Source of the DNA: the human T2T-CHM13v2.0 reference genome, Homo sapiens
NCBI RefSeq assembly: GCF_009914755.1
Contig: NC_060926.1
DNA: 64,000 bases
Reading direction: 5' to 3' (one strand)
Shown: piece after piece, positions 15,386-29,342 of the stretch
Position numbering within the stretch: position 1 is the stretch's first letter
Layout: every line of letters starts with the position of its first letter
Position numbers and translations under genes: made by a program
Notes under the pieces: generated by a model
Seen by the model: the letters and a program-made list of their open reading frames with translations, nothing else
The model's database searches: none
What the model was told of the DNA's origin: nothing

Positions 15386-16749
15386 TTTAATTGAACTAGT
15401 CAAAGTTCAATTAAAAATCAGTAGTCAAAAATATCTGGAGTGTGAAAAAGTTCTAATGGAAAAAAACAAAGAAATCTGATCTTCAGTTTTATCTTAACAC
15501 AGTACCCACAACTTATTAGGAAATTAGCCTACATCTCTGTATTTGATCATTTCCTATTTCCAGCCATATATACTTGAATTTATGTAGTGAATTAAATGTT
15601 TATTTTTAAAGTTTACTTGAAAACACATTTTCTTATGATATTTATATCTTAGTTCTAGCTGTCTCTTAGCTCTAGTAGCTTGTCTCAAATTATGTTGTCA
15701 GGCCCCACGCTCACTTTTTAAAAAATTCAGTATGTACTCAATAGTGATTTGAATATGCAAACAAACAACCTTCTTTGTTGTGAAAAATGTCAAGATTTAT
15801 AGCAAGAAAATGTCTGCTACAATCCTGAGTGTGTAAATTTCTGAGCCCATAACCTTAGGCCTTGTACTCTGAGCCTCAAATTTTTACTTATAAAATGAAG
15901 AAACTGATGATATCTATATCACTAATTGCTTCATTTGCTGCAGAGTAGACTAATGGAAAAGAAATATTTGAATAAATGGTGATTACACACAGAAACTAAA
16001 GTATTAAAATGGGAGCACAATAAAAGAAATTGCATTACAGCATGAGATATGTGTTGGCTAAGTTTTAATGTCTTCCTTAGTTAAAAATTGGTTTTTATAA
16101 GAAAATAACTTTGAGTTTCAATAACAAGCTGTTTGTTTTTTAATCTGCATCTTAAAACCAAAGTATATTTCATCTCATTATAGTCTTGGGCTCTCATGAC
16201 CAGCTCTTCAACCCTATTTCTTTTTTAGTTAAGATATTTGCTATGCAGATGACTTGACACAAGGGGATATGATTGCTTTGATTCACCATCCAGAATTTTT
16301 ATAACCATAGCTTCCCACAAACAAGCTTAATATGTTTAACTACTTAATTATACTTTTACTTTAACAATAGAGTTCTTTCTGAAACTAATGAACTGCAAGA
16401 TATTTAAACATCATATAGAGTAAAATGTAAAGAAATACTAATGTATACAATTAAGTGTCCTCTACATAACAACATGAATCTTAATGATTTCTTTCTTTTC
16501 ATCAAAGGTGTTCTTTCTAGTAAAATCTGTTTATTATATTATCATAAACCACAGGGGGTAATCTATGATTCTCGTAACATATCAGAGTGATATATGCCAC
16601 TTTCTAAGACTTGTACCCATAGTCCACTATGTGCTTAATCCCCAGAAAAAAAATCTTCCCACCAAACTCTTAAAATATTTTTGTGATTCTTCTCTTTGGA
16701 AAAGAGTAGCATTCTCAGCTTTTAAGTCTGTTATCTAAACAGGCTAAAT

Positions 16750-17600
16750 TCAGCGTTTCTTCTGACTGATTTTAATGTTTTTGTCTTGTCTTTGCTTTTT
16801 AGCAGTTTTAATATGATATTCTCACTGTTTTTGTTTATATCTTGCTTAAGATTTGAAGTGCTTTTTGAATCTGGCTTTTTATATTTCTTTTTGTAAAATT
16901 CATATCTAATGTCCTCAAGGATTGCTTCTGCTCCATTATCTGTTTATTCTCCTTCTGGGACTCTGGTTGCAGATTTTTGAGACTAAATTTTTTTTTTCTA
17001 AATGACTTCTATATCTATTGCCTTTTTTATTATTTGTCATTCCATTGTATCTGAATGCTTCAATTTAGATATTATTTTCTGACATGTTTCCCAGTTTAAT
17101 TTTGTCTTTAGTTGTCTTTAATTTTTACTTATATTTTTAAAATTCTAGATATCCTATTTGATCTTTCTCTGTAGTCATTCCATTATCTCATGAAATTATT
17201 CATCTCGTATTTTATTTCCAGAACACAATTCTCATTTGTTTTTTGTGTCTAATCATTCCTTTACCTGGATCTGCTGTGTTTGTTGATGTTATTGTTCTTA
17301 TTTTAATATGCCATGGTAGTCTGCGAACTATAATTTTTGCACAACCAGTCCCACAAATCCAAATATCCTGCTCATTTTCTCAGCAACTATCCTCAGTATT
17401 AACAATTATCTCCTAGAAAAATGCAAAAGTTAAGGTCAGCTATGCAAGTTTCCCTCTGTTGATCTTGGCATCACAGTTTCTTATTACTATGGATAAATTT
17501 CCAATGTTTTAAAACATTTTTTTTTTTGTCTAATTTTCTAGTTGTTCTCTCTGGGAAGGCTGGTCAAACCAACCTCATCTGCTCCTGCTAGAAATGGAAT
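16750..17600 (-). mobile_element. Ancient L1M 5'/ORF1-region fragment
   Basis: T-rich degenerate antisense L1 (ttgcttctgctccattatctg...tctccttctgggactc). Confidence 0.6.
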
Positions 17601-18479
17601 CTCCTCCACATCATTTAAGGAGTTGATCTGTCTGTATCTACAGTCTTAGCCAAATATGAACTTAAAGGATTTTACACATCTATTTCAAAACATAGATCAA
17701 AAATGTAATAATATAAAGGAGGAAGAATAATCTGCAAAAGCAGCATTAAAAAATTCTAATGTTAACTCCTTATTTAATTACAGATTTTCTACTTTTCATG
17801 GTCTTATAAATTTAGTTTTCTTCTAGAAGCTACAACCTCACTTTTGACAAAGCCATCACAATTTTTTATACGTTTTGGAAACTAATAATGCAGAGTGAGT
17901 TTTTAAACTTAGCTAAAGTAAAATGGCAAAGTTGATTTGAATTTGTCATAGCAAATGTAGAGCTATAAATATGCTTGTTAAATAGCCAAGACATAAGGGA
18001 AAATTATAAAAACTTGAAGCCTAATTAACTTTCTATAGAAACATACTATAAGATATCTTTGCTATCTATGGATTTATAATTTTGACTGTTGATTTAAATT
18101 TCAAGAAAACAAAAGTCAAGTTGTTCACTAGTAATTTTGCTAAATCTGTGTGACAATTACTTAAGTACTTGGAAAGTAGATAGATTATGTTCACAGACAC
18201 ACAAACACATACATACATTCACAAGAAAATTTCTCAAAGGGTTATATGAACCCCAAATTCTTTTAGTGGACCACATTGATAACCTAATTGTGTTGGCTAT
18301 ATTTTAACTCATAAATTTGCAAACTAAGAGATGCTAAATCACCTGTCCTGACCATGCACCAGCAGTAATCAATGATTAATTATAGACAACATTAAGATTC
18401 ACAACTGACTCCTATTTGTAATGCAAATATTTTCAGAATCTGTGAAAAAAGGGTCCTTATATCTGTCTCTTAATTATAT

Positions 18480-18952
18480 TGTGGTCTATGGTATTTTCCA
18501 AAGATATCTGCAGAAACATCTCTCTTCTTTCTTTTCCTTCTGTAATGTGACCTTACAGCTGTCTCATTGAGAGGTGAGGTTTGTAACTTCACTCCATAGA
18601 ATCTAAGTGGCCAGTAGAATAAAGAGAAAGTGAGACTTTGAAAATCCTATGTATAGCCCTAAACTGGCCTAGAATCTTCTGTTTCCTGGGTTTTGAAAAT
18701 CCAGCAGCAATATGTGAGAACTCCTGGTCACTTAGAGAGAACATGTGAGTGTCTTGTTGCCTGCCCTGAACTCCAGCCAGTGACAGTAAACGTCAACTGT
18801 GAGTCAAGCTTCTCCTATGTGCTGTGTAGGCAAACCTTCAGATCTGACTCCAATCAAATAACCTCATCTGAGTTCTCTAATCCATAGAACCATGTGAGAG
18901 AATTATTTGAGTCGAACATTTTTGGGTATAGTTTGTTCTGCAACATATACAT
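18480..18952 (+). mobile_element. MaLR LTR, MLT1H-like
   Basis: tgtggtctatggtattttccaaagat...catagaaccatgtgagag...tttgggtatagtttgttctgcaaca. Confidence 0.65.
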
Positions 18953-19017
18953 ATTTATGCCCAGCAATACATCACTCAAAGGTCAAATGCCGATTACCAA
19001 TTGTCTTTTTTTTTTTA

Positions 19018-19352
<335 letters not shown>

Positions 19353-19541
19353 TTACCTTAAATCTTTCATCCCCTTCTTGCAGCTCAACTCTGAAAATAT
19401 TGGAGCTGGAAAAAAATATCACTGTATTCTATCTTGGTTTATAGATGAGGAAACTGAGGATTTTACAGAAAAACAAACAAAAAAATGTGAAAAAACGTGA
19501 TTGTCCAAGATCTTATCAAAAGGGTGCCAAAAGTTTGATAG

Positions 19542-19921
19542 TGTTAAATCAAATTTGGGCAAGAGCTGCTTCCATATTTTGCAGACTGAAACCTAACTTA
19601 AGACTATATTCTTGTAGAAGACAGCCAAGTCTCAGCCAATCATGTCAATTGAGTTTCAGCCAATCACAGACTTTCAATTGATAGAATATGTCTATATAAG
19701 GCAATGCCTCACCACATCACACCCACATAAGGAAATGCTGAGCTGTAACCAATCAAGCTGTTTTTGTATTATCACTTCCTTTTTCTGTCTATAAATAGTG
19801 TCTGCTCACGTTGCTGTATGGAGCCACTTGAACCTTTACCGTTTCAGGGTGCTGCTCAATTTATGAATCATTCTTCCCTCAGATAAACCTTGCTAAACGT
19901 GTCTAAACTTTTCTTTTTAAA
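19542..19921 (+). mobile_element. Solo ERV1 LTR, MER57 family (second, more diverged copy)
   Basis: tgttaaatcaaatttgg...cagccaatca x2...gagctgtaaccaatcaagctg...ctataaata; similar to 7470-7861. Confidence 0.75.
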
Positions 19922-20119
19922 GGAAAAAAAATAGTAACCTATAGCTTCTACCACCAATCTCAGTTTCAGCATGTGAATGTGATTCTGACTCCCACCACGT
20001 GCACAGTGAATGAACTATTCTTAGATGTTTTTGCTATTATAAAATTCAGTCTCCTCTTCCCTTTCTTCTTCTCTTACTCTGTATTTTAGATCATGTATAT
20101 TGTGATAGATAGGGATGTT

Positions 20120-20540
20120 TACCCTTCTTGAGTGTGGACTGACTGACTTGTTTCTAATGAATAGAATGAAGCATATGTAACAGACTGTGACTTCCCAGAC
20201 TAGGCTATAAAAAAGTTCTATGGCATCTGTCTTGGTGACTGTTTTTCTCTTGGGTCACTTATGTCAGCAAACACAGCTTCCCAGTTTTGAAAACACAGGC
20301 TGCTCTGAGGAAAGGTCCGTAGAACAAGGAATTGGGACCTCCAGCTAAGAGGCAAGTGAGTAACCCATCAGAAAGCAGGCCCTCCATCAGTTAAGTCTTA
20401 CATGACTGGAGTCCAGTGGACAGCTTATGGGAAATTATATGAGACACTCCAAGCCAGAGAGAAACTGAAATAGTAAATGTTTCCAGTATAAGCTACTACA
20501 TTTTGGCATAATTAGTTATATAGCAATACATAACTAATTT
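20120..20540 (+). mobile_element. MaLR LTR, MLT1F-like
   Basis: cttgagtgtggactg...tctaatgaatagaat...agactaggctataaaaa...gttatatagcaatacataactaat. Confidence 0.7.
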
Positions 20541-21399
20541 AGCTTTTACATTTTTCCAGAGTTAAAAAATTTACAAGGTTAAAAAGAACATTTTCCTAGC
20601 ATATATATCTGCCTACTACTTGCTCAGCAAGCATAGTGAATTCTAAGGAAACTACATGTGGCCTTTTAATTTTTTTATATAGGTTATTCATTTTTATATC
20701 CAGGTATTACTATAGCTGTTTACATAGTGCTCCATAAATTTGTTATTAGAGTTTCTGCTATACACAGTTCAGTATCTAAATTCTGAATTTCTAACTGTGA
20801 AATTTTACCATTTGAACCTCTAAAGCCAAGGCAGCATAGCTGGTAAGTATGTATAAGTTCTGGTTCTCCAGCAGGTTGTGTTTAGAAGTCATAATTTTAC
20901 TCTCACTGTGTCACAGTCCAGTTGTTTAGAGTTCTGTCTTTTCTTTCTTTTCACTCTTCCCACTCCTTTGTACCCTACTGGATAAAGCACCTCATGTTGA
21001 ATCCTGAGTTTGTTATTGTGGCGGTCCCCTACTCTCTCACCCACCTGATTACACTCAGCTTTAGTTCCCCTGTATGTCCAGGTGTGGGCTTATGCCTGTA
21101 ACAAAGTGAATCCCTTTCCTAATATCATAACATAGTAAAATAAGCATGCTTTGAAAGAGAGAGGGTGGCAAGGAGACCTTAGAGTATTTCCTCAAAAGCC
21201 AGACTTATAGGAAGCACCTTAAGGTCTCCATTATTTTTAATTATTATTGTAGTAATAGCAGTACTTAGTAAAAGAAGAGGTTCTCTGAGCATCTCAGTAT
21301 GAGGGGATGGTGAGGACAATTCTGAAGGATAATTTGTCATAACAGATCAAATGAGAATGCATGAGGACGAGGAGCACAGAATGAAGAGGAAGCATGGAA

Positions 21400-21560
21400 A
21401 TTAACATTTATTAAGCACCTGCTAAGTGTCACTTTGAAAGTTTACATTATTTCTAATATTTCTTATAAAAATCTGAGTGTAAATCACAACTATTTTAACT
21501 TTATGGATAAGGAAGGAGAATATTGGACGTTCGAAATGGCACTTAGTAGTTTGTACAACT
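21400..21560 (-). mobile_element. MIR fragment
   Basis: aacatttattaagcacctgctaagtgtca...tttatggataaggaa. Confidence 0.55.
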
Positions 21561-22179
21561 AATACCTAAACTGGAAATTGACAACCACAACAGTTTACTT
21601 CCAGTATTTGCTCATTTGAATATACCTTGATGAGCTCAGAAACCAGGCCACAAGAAGAATATTGAAGGTGCTAGAAATATTTAACATAATAAAAAGAAAA
21701 TTTTGTATGGCCTTCCCACAATATCTTAAGGAAACTAAATGATCATCATTTGTAACATAGACATAAAATCCTCACAACAGGAGATTTCTAGGCTGGTAAA
21801 ATAATAAGTACATTGATAAAGGAAATTCTTATGAAGACGTTGGGTCAGAAATTTGTGGAAGCTTATTTCAACTCTAATAGTTTCCATTCTTAAGTTTTGT
21901 CCACATAATGACTTTATACAGATTCAGCATTTTCTACTATACATAGAGCTCATATTTGTATAATCCCAGCCACAAAAGGAGAAAAAGAAGATGGTGATTA
22001 TATTCTCTGTGCATTCCTTAAGTATACGTCAGTCGAAATTTTATTTAGTTTCTCCCACCTGGGGTCTTTAACTCATTTTTCCTCTGAATATTTTACTTAT
22101 TTTGCCACTATATTCCACACATATATATACATTTCCAATTTCTTTAAGTTACACATTACATAAGAGAGATGAATCTCCC

Positions 22180-22550
22180 ATTAATTCATTTTCTCAGTAA
22201 TTTTTTCAGTCAGTCTATCCACAACACTTACATAAGTCTTTATGCATAAACAATTGGGTAAGAGGTTCCTTGACCTTAAGGAGCTCTCTGCCTAAAAAAT
22301 AAGGCAGGCAAGTTAACAAAAAATTGCAGTGCAGTATGATAAGTTCTATGAACAGTAAAGATATATGAGTGAGAAAAAAAAAGCAGACAGCTAATTGAAA
22401 CTGGCATCATCAGGGACAGCTTTGAGAGGAACTGGGATCTGAGCTGAATTGTAATAGACATGTTGAATGAGAAAAGAGAAGGGGATATATCTTTCTTAGG
22501 GCACATAGGTAGTAAAAGGAGTCCATATGTGACAGTGATTTGAAATCTAC
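22180..22550 (-). mobile_element. L2 fragment
   Basis: ttccttgaccttaaggagctc...gtatgataagttctatga...gggatctgagctgaattg. Confidence 0.6.
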
Positions 22551-22618
22551 TCTGCTTTTTTTTCTGCTATATAATTGATATGCTTTTGAGGTCGAGAGGA
22601 TATGAACGAGTCTTAGTT

Positions 22619-22817
22619 CAGCAGTTTTCCACTGGGAATAATTTTGCCTTCCCAAGGAAAAGTCCTGGAGTCACTGTGCGACTAGGGGTGGAAATGCTGC
22701 TGACATTTAGTGGGTGGACACCAATGATGCTGCTAACTCTCCCTAATATACAGTACAGGCCCTGATAAACCATTATCTGGGCCCAAATATGTATAGCACC
22801 AAGGTTGAGAAATTCTG
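22619..22817 (+). mobile_element. MER20 (hAT-Charlie MITE)
   Basis: cagcagttttccactggg...gatgctgctaa...ttatctgggcccaaat...ccaaggttgagaaattctg. Confidence 0.8.
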
Positions 22818-23640
22818 CTTCAGATGCTTGAAAAAGTTTGAAAACCTCTGCTTTAGAAAAAAGTTATCACTGGAGACTTTTAAGCAAGAGATTAACATGG
22901 TAGATCCTTTTTCTCTCTTCCCCCTGGCCATCCTGAACACTGCTGTGGAAACGGTAGGCATTGCATACTGTTCTGCCAAGCTTGCCATTTTTATAAAGTG
23001 CCTTGGGTTTGCTCTGACCTTTCTGCATGGGAGACAACCTTGCATTCCTAATTCTCTGGGATTCTTTTCTTAATCTAGGGAAATGTATTTCTCGATTAAG
23101 TGCAAGATCAAGTGTATCCTCTTCCTAAATTAATGGTTCTCTTGACCAGAGTGCTCAGTCATTTGTTAGTGCTCCAAAAGGAAATGTGCATTTCTGAGAC
23201 TCCATAAATCACATAAACAGGATTTTATATTCACCATTTAAATGGAGATAAATCATAACTTGTCTGCAATATCTTTATGTTGTACTGCAAATATGTATCT
23301 CTGGATATATATCTCGGGCTTTGGTAACTCTATCATTTCCTCCGAGCCCCAGTCCATGGTAGAATCTTCTTTATCCTAAATAGGATTATCAGTTGCTCAT
23401 GCAATTATTATATCTTAGAATATTGGCATCATCTTTTAAACATATATCCAAATGTTATAAGCATACTGGGCCTATATAACTCAAGGTCTATATTTTGTTA
23501 GTCCTTACAATTTGATTGAGATTTACATTAAACTTTCATATTTAATTTACCTAGAAATTAAAGACAATCAGGTTGTATTTTATTCTATTTGGTCATCTTA
23601 GCAAAAATTACATTTAGCCTACAATTAGTAGGTGCTTATG

Positions 23641-23699
23641 CATACATATAAGTATATACATACACACACACACATACACACACATACATATATATATAT
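23641..23699 (+). repeat. Compound (CA)n/(TA)n microsatellite
   Basis: catacatata...cacacacacacatacacacacatacatatatatatat. Confidence 0.85.
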
Positions 23700-24002
23700 G
23701 CTCCTCAACTTTCAGTGGGGTTACATCCTGACAAACCCATTGTAAGTTGAAAATATGGTAAGATGAAAATGCATTTAATACACCTAACCTACCAAATATT
23801 GTTCAGCCTACCTTAAAAAACATGCTCAAAACATATTAGCCTACAGTTGTACAAAATCATTCAACACAAAGCTTGTTTTATAATAAAATATTGGATATCT
23901 CATGTAGTTATTGAAAACTGTATGTTATGCCAAAATTGTGATGGTTTTGCACCTTAATGAAGTCTAAAAATCTTAATTTGAACCATCATAAGAGACCACC
24001 TA
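23697..24002 (+). mobile_element. MER47A (TcMar-Tigger MITE)
   Basis: atgctcctcaactt...ggggttacatcctgacaaacccattgtaagttgaaaat...gaaaatgcatttaatacacctaacctacc. Confidence 0.85.
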
Positions 24003-24489
24003 TATATGTTCTACTATCTCATCCTGTTCCCGTGTGCTCCTTTTGTTATTAGACTTTTAACTCCTAACTGGTGTGGGCTAAAATAAGATCCAATATGCAT
24101 TACGAAGTAAAGGAAAATGCCTTGTCTCCAGAAGCTATTGCATATATAAATAGCATATCTTTGCTGCTATTACTATGAATTTAACCCTTTCTCTTGGGAA
24201 CCTAATTAAGGATTGCAAATATGTTTTAACTCACATGCCAACTTGGGCTACATTCTAACTAAGGCTGTATCTGCTCTCAGCAGGAAGGAGTGAAACGATT
24301 GATTAGCGAGATCTACTGTGGACTCCTGAATGATGAACACAACAAGGATGCCCTGCATTCATCAAGCTGTTATTGGCCTATCAGGTTAGTCAGCTGAGTG
24401 CTTCAGAACAGATCAAAATATTAACTATTTCATTTATGTAAATGAGGTAATTGAAACGAGCAAAAAAGGAACACATTTCTGGGGCATGT

Positions 24490-24650
24490 TCTATATATTT
24501 TGTATCTGCATTATTTAATATTACCATAAGCCCTTCAGATTGCCATTACCTACATTTCAAAGATGAGGGAAACTCAACTTCGAGGAGGAGGCGTTTATTC
24601 ATCTAGTAAAGGGTAGGGTTTGAATTCAAACTTGGCTTTTAAACCTATGC
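24490..24650 (-). mobile_element. MIR fragment
   Basis: attacctacatttcaaagatgagggaaactca...ggtttgaattcaaac. Confidence 0.55.
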
Positions 24651-25713
24651 TATCTTAACGTTTACAGGGCTTTGGTCAACCACAAATATTTATAATTTGT
24701 GTTTGGTTAGAAATGAGGAGAAAATTGAGAATGATGCACTAAGAAAGAAGATCATGGATCTATATTAAGTTTTGAGAATATGCGGTATCTGTAACCATTG
24801 CTACCATCAATTTTAGAACATTTTATTTCAAATCTTTTGTTCTGAATCAACTCATTAAACACATGTCCCAGTCCTCTTGTTCCTAGTCAGATTGGACACT
24901 TTACTCTGTGCCCCAGAAGCTGAGTTAAAACTTTCTTCTTTGGCTTTTAATGCTATGCCCCCATTCTGCAGTGTCTTCCTTTTGTCTACAATCCAAATTA
25001 ACTATTTCAGGAAAACTCAAATTCAATATATTTCATATAGACTTTCCTAACAATTTCATCCACAAAAATCATAAAACCTATTTAATAAAAGCTTCACTGA
25101 TACTTTTATTAGGTATCAGATATGAGAAAAAGGCAAATAAAACATTATGACTGCTATACCGGTGTAAGGGATAAACTTGCAGGAAGTATGAAAGTTGAGA
25201 TAATGTATTGTTACTAGAATAAAGTGGAAGGTCAGATACATTTTACGTTCAATGAAGGTAAGTATCTATGCCTGCTTTATTTAGTCTTATATCAGCAATG
25301 CATACATAGTGTCTGGCAGAGAGCAGTGGTTGAAATAAACTCATTTTGATTTAAATTTTTTAAAAATCTGTTGGTAAGAACGGGATTGATGCTGATGATT
25401 TTGAATTTAATACCAAAGGACAGATTTTGGGCCATGAAAGGCAGAAATAGGGAAGGACATATCACAAAGATGGACACTCAAAATAGTGAATGTGCGACCC
25501 TATGTGGTTTTGAATGATGGCTACGGCAAAAAACATTTGAGCTGAACAGTTAGAGATGAGACTGCACAAGGCGTCCAGGGTCAGTTGAGGAAGAGACTTA
25601 TGTTTTAGTTTTAGGGGGTTACTTTTATCCTGAAAGTATGAGGAATAGCTGAAATGTTTAAAGCAGTAAAACAAAATGAAAAAAAAATTCAGGTGAGAAA
25701 ACTCTATAGTAAT

Positions 25714-26073
25714 TGTATCAGCCTGCTCAAGCTGCTCTAACAAAATACCATAGACTAGGTGACTGAAACAGGCTACTTTTCAAAATCTGGAGGATGGGAA
25801 GTCTAAGATCAAGGTGCCCAATGATTTGGTTCTTGGTGAGGGTCCTCTTCCTGGGTTTCAGATGACTACATTTTCACTGTGTCCTCACATGGCTGAAAAA
25901 GGAAGATCTTGTGTCTCTTCTTCTTCTTATAAGACCCCATCATGAGCCCCACCCTCATGACCTCATCTAAACCTAATTACCTTCCAAAAGTTTTACCTCC
26001 TTATACCATCACATTGGGGGCTAGAGACTCAACATGTGCATGTTTGGGAAGACACAAATAACAGTCCATAACT
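25714..26073 (-). mobile_element. Solo MaLR LTR, MLT1A0-like
   Basis: tgtatcagcctgctcaagctgctctaacaaaataccatagact...gggaagtctaagatcaaggtg...cagtccataac. Confidence 0.88.
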
Positions 26074-26286
26074 GGGATTTTTTTATACTGCTTTAGGTTA
26101 AAATTTATAAAGGCCTAAACATAAAAAGAATGATAAAGGATATGGACTTAAAAAAAGTGGGTGACTGATCATATATAAGTTTTTGTAAGGTTTCTGCCTG
26201 ACTTGTTAATGCTGTTAACATTTACCAAGGGAGATTATACTATGGAATCCTGCATTTTGTTTTTTGGGGATAAGAATCCTTGCAAA

Positions 26287-26581
<295 letters not shown>

Positions 26582-28766
26582 AAGAATCCTTGTAAATATG
26601 AGTTTAGCTGTAAAGTTTAAGCTTCCTGTGGAACACAGGGATATGTAGTATAATTTACTATTTTTCTAATCACTTAGTGAACAACTGTGGATCTTAGGCT
26701 TACACTCACCTTCTTACTCAAACTTGTTTCAGAATACTATCCGTTTTATGATAGTATGTACTGACTTCTCAAGTAGTGTGAAAATTTCTTAAAGGAAGGG
26801 AAAATATGTTATACTTGGTTTCTGCGTTTCTTGTGAGCTATTAGAACAGGAAAGTCAATATATTCTCAGAAATCCGTACTGAGTTGTGGAAGCCTGAGTC
26901 TTGAATGTAAATGATAGTAAGATATTGATTGGTCACATTTGTGCAATGCTTTGTGGTTATAAAGCACCTTCAACACTTAGAATCCAATCTTTGCGACAAT
27001 CTCATGTGTTAGGCAGATCAGGTATTTCCTCATTTCAACAGAAAAGAGTAGTAAGCATTGAAAATTTTAAGGTTTTATACCAGATTAGAGAGGCATAGCA
27101 AAATCATCATACCATGTCTTCTGCCTCCCATGTAGCTCGTGCCTTATTAGGATTCTTGAAATCTATTTCCTCCATCCCTTGACCCCACTCAGATGCTCTT
27201 CCCTGCATCTAGTGTCATTTCAAGTCCTATTACTTCCAATTAATTTATATGCTTGCACCTAAACTAAGATTCAAACCCCTAAGGGTAAAACTGATTTTTG
27301 AGGGCAGGACCTTCACAACTTATATTAAAAAATAATAGAAATGATTTTATAAAAATTATAAAATTTTTATAAAAATTATAAAAATGATTTGGAGTTTTGT
27401 TTTTATCTCCCCCTTGAATGGGAGCCTGAGAGGAAACTTCATTTCTTGAGAGAAGTAGAAAAATGGTATGGTGTCTGTCCAAGACAGTTGTACCTTGACT
27501 TAACCTATTGGTTCCCATTTAAAAAACAGTACAGATGCTAGGTTGATTTTTTTTCTTCTTCTTTTTGGCCAACAGCACAGAACCTGTTTTCCCATAACTT
27601 CCCCAAATCTGCATGTTATTAATCTTTTAAATTCTTAGTTTTATTTTGTTGACTTCTTCCCCAACCTCCCTCCCCCACCCCGTGTTACTAGGTATTTCCA
27701 AATGCATCCAGGGTAAATTCACAAGCATGATTGTGTAACACTAGCCATTAGAGATTTTTCCTGGGCAGCATCACTCATTTTACAATTAAATATGCAAAGG
27801 CCCAGAGGGACAAAGTAACTTGCCCCAATCCAGTTAAAGCAACACAGCCGACATCATATTAACTATTGCAATAACATCTCCAAACATTCTGATAAAATAA
27901 ATTGGGGGTGCAATATTGAGATGCACAGAAGTGTGAGGCAAAACTTTATAAGAAGAGAAAAAAAGAAAACAGTAACTTTTGACTGTCCCTTATATTAAAA
28001 TCACGTTATTTCCCCCACCTAGATTGAGCTCACCCAGCTCTCCGTAATCAGTCTATTCCTTCAACAGCCTTCACGTGTGTGTGATGGTTCGGCAACACAG
28101 TCACAGTCTCCATTATAGTAGAAACGCTTGTCTCTTTGTTGTTCATGTAAATAAACGTTTGTTTTAAACTCCATTTGTTCTTATTGGTCAGGTAGACAGT
28201 ATTACATTTCTTTAAATAGTTTACTCAGATATAACTACAGACATTCACAAGTTCTTCACATGCAGCTATCTGACATTCTTCAAACAAATGAATAGAGAAC
28301 ATCTGCATAAATTGTCTCATTGTTTTCCACTTCAAGAGCAGTCCCTTTTCTTTGCAACACATTTACTTAGATGTCTTCATTTTCTCATCTTTTTGAGTTT
28401 TTTCTATTTTAATATATTCATCCTATTATACTTTCTAAGATTTCCTGATCCAGTGACAATTTTTATATCCACAATTTATATAACTCATTTATTGAATTCC
28501 TAATTATCTAATTAGGAATATGCTTACACAAGGAAATTTACTACAACAATACCTGACTCTGAACTAGATAAGACAATTAGGGATTGTTGTCTGGCTGTTT
28601 CCAAAGTGAACAAGTAAACGAGTCAAGAGGAACCTAGGGGAGATGTCTCGGATACAAACATCAGAAGATATTTCCATCAGAAGCTTGATTGACGACACGC
28701 TTTATAAGGTGATTGATTTTATTGATGGGAGAAGGTAAGAATTTGATAAAGGTAAAACAAGTCAAT

Positions 28767-29342
28767 TGTAAAAAAAGGAAAGTAGAGGTTCCTCTTCAAA
28801 GACTTTCCTCCCCGTCTAATTAGGAATAAATAGTAACTTCTCATAGAAGCAAAATTTATTCAAACACCTGTGCTAACATTCTTAAATATCTGCTAGCCGT
28901 GATAAAGAAATCAATGTACTTTATGTTCTTAGCTCCCACCTTAGCCTAAATATTTGCCCTGGCATGCTTATACTGGTCCAAGCAAGCTTTAGGTCATAGC
29001 CTGTTCCTCTTCCTTATTTAAAAGTGGGTTTACCTTTCTCAGCATTCCACAAGTTACTTCCTCCTTCCTTTGTTCTCATCTACCTTTGCCTCTTTTAAAA
29101 GGTTCTAAGTTGCTAGACAAATACAGAATGTGAGGTTCCGTTCCAGCCAATGGAAACCGGACACAGCAGTAGGGTGGACGCGTCAGGTTTTAAATGACCC
29201 TGTCTCCTTTGTTCAGTGTACTCTCGTGGCAAAACTGCTGGCGAGTGTACCCTTTCTGCAGGAGGTAAAAATTGCCTTACTAAATTAAATTTATGTTCAA
29301 GTGCTATTTCTTTATGGCACTGGGGAACAAGCATTTCAAACA
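28767..29342 (+). mobile_element. Solo ERV1 LTR6 (LTR6A/B, HERV-S71 family)
   Basis: tgta...aagtagaggttcctcttcaaagactttcctcccc...gggaacaagcatttcaaaca. TG...CA ends, 4-bp TSD CAAT at 28763-28766 and 29343-29346. Confidence 0.88.

Noticed and set aside
22773-23073. Overlapping 90-94 aa ORFs on both strands
   Set aside because: They begin in MER20 and hAT remnants and resemble no protein family I recognise.
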